DNA of 64,000 nucleotides from Albugo candida (Eukaryota): NCBI GenBank assembly GCA_040437565.1, contig JBDOQK010000051.1, positions 62,001 to 126,000 of the forward strand, read 5' to 3'. Shown piece by piece: positions 62,410 to 64,000 of this stretch (position 1 is its first letter; each line of letters starts with the position of its first letter). The notes under the pieces were generated by a model. It saw only the letters and a program-made list of their open reading frames with translations, ran no database searches and was not told where the DNA came from. The position numbers and the translations under genes were made by a program.

Positions 62410-63864
62410 AATAAGAGGTTGCACCATCATTTATACCGAGGATTGGGAGTACTCGGTTTCAATATCTGTCACCTAGTCATGTCTTGATCGATAAAATGCT
62501 GCGTGTGATCACCAACGGACACTATACCAAGCACACACCCTTCTTTTGTACTCTGTCAATCATGTTCGGTATATTTGAAGCCTACCAAGTGGACGCATTC
62601 GTCTCTAATATGCGTGGTTTGAGCTGTAGTATTAAGTATCAGCTATATCCAGCTGTGATCGGCAGAGAAAGAATCGCTTACTGGGTGTGTCAAAATAATT
62701 CAAAACAGAAAGTGTAGCACTAATCAAACCAGCCAATAACCTTCTGTATCAACCTGAAGAAAATTGCTTTGCTGACAACGAGTGAATATGGCTAAACACG
62801 TTTCAGTGCTGGCGAAATGGACCGAATCAACGACCTGGTTCTTGTAGCAGCAAAGCTCTGTGACCATGAAAGCATACTCACTTGGACAAAAGATCCCGTA
62901 TCATTTGTTTGATATTTACTGCTTACTACAATCCATTTAGCCTCTTTTTCAAATATAGTTGTTGGTCCTCACAGAAGCAACAATTTACATCTTGGCGTTT
63001 GATAATCATATGCAGACGACGCATACATTGAAAGAATCAACGAATATGCATCCAATATGGTTGCTTCCGGTTCTGTGAGTAGACGATCATGTATTTTGTT
63101 CACCAATTCAGACTTATGCTCTAGAGACTCGAACGCTCGCATCAAATCGTATTCGAAATCCCCAATATGATGCCGCCCCCAAAGGTGATCTCGAGCTGTA
63201 TTCATGGATATACATCTTGGACAAGTACAAACATAGCGACATAGATCACCAATATATCTCGTTGAATTAATCTTGAATTTGTATGCTAGGCTTCAACAGC
63301 GCTCAAGGGAATCCTAGCAAGAGTAAGAATTTGCAACATCTTGTCGTCTAAACGCTTGTTGATTGCTCTGATTGTCTTTTTCAAGTTGATTTTAGCCAAT
63401 CATATTCACTTCTCTCATCATCCACAAATTGGATTTGGGAGCCGATATGGCCACAGACATTAATACTACGACGACAGACAAAAGTACTACGGCGACAGAC
63501 AATTGATCTAACCTATCACAGCTCACGAGATTATATTGTTGCTAAGTATGCGAGAACTGGCGAAGCAGCATATGTTATTATACCTTTCGCGCAGCCGACA
63601 CCACGTGGTGACATTTTTCAACATATCAACCGGAAGATCTCACATTACGCCCTGCTTAACAAGTTACTTTATAATATTCCTTTTTTCCTACATGTTTTTT
63701 TCCAATCTCTAAAGTTTTGCAATGACAGCTACATAAAGCTCTATGTCCAATGGCAACCGGCGCGAAGCCATGCTCTTCTGCTTATATCACTAAATACTTC
63801 TAATTCTAAAAGGGAGCCGTTAACCAGCCCCCATCCCTCCTAAATACAGCACTCTAAGGGGGTT

Positions 63865-64000
63865 ACCGTACCCAGCTCAGTCGGTTAAGCACATGAGCGC
63901 ACAGACCCCCTGCCGGAGGTCGTTAGTTCGATCCCCGGCAGTGTGGGAAGCGGTTTGAGCCCACCCAAGCAATAAGCTCGGAAAATATCTGCCTCCCTAG
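63865..64000 (+). mobile_element. Another copy of the tRNA-derived SINE head and body (cut by window end)
   Basis: High similarity to 62171-62305, including A-box, B-box and the downstream non-tRNA body. Confidence 0.85.

Overview
Eukaryotic oomycete genomic scaffold, most likely Albugo (white rust), judged from a signal-peptide + CHxC/CCG-motif effector, short GT-AG introns (about 48-79 nt), oomycete-type gene families and Copia sequence. It has two compartments. The gene-sparse part (about 4.1-33 kb and 59-64 kb) holds a multi-module CCG effector with a decayed 3' half, a degenerate IS630/Tc1/mariner transposon with remnant TIRs, a myosin pseudogene, a Copia remnant, a family of modular tRNA-derived SINE-like retroposons with 16-17 bp target-site duplications, and a plastid-type Hsp70 fragment fused to Copia RT. 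The very compact gene-dense part (0.7-4.0 kb and 34-59 kb) holds a NIPA Mg transporter, a helical-repeat protein, a coiled-coil/PHD protein, a WRKY19-like zinc-finger protein, a RanBP9/10-like protein, MCM2, a TKL pseudokinase, a small secreted/GPI protein, an 8x Tudor-like polytopic membrane protein, an Arf-like GTPase, an AT-hook protein, an EF-hand-like protein and a lamin whose CaaX box is only formed by splicing. Several 100-N gaps have duplicated flanks (assembly artefacts), and a 376-bp perfect palindrome sits beside the lamin 5' gap. All assignments are by eye from motifs; no searches were run.
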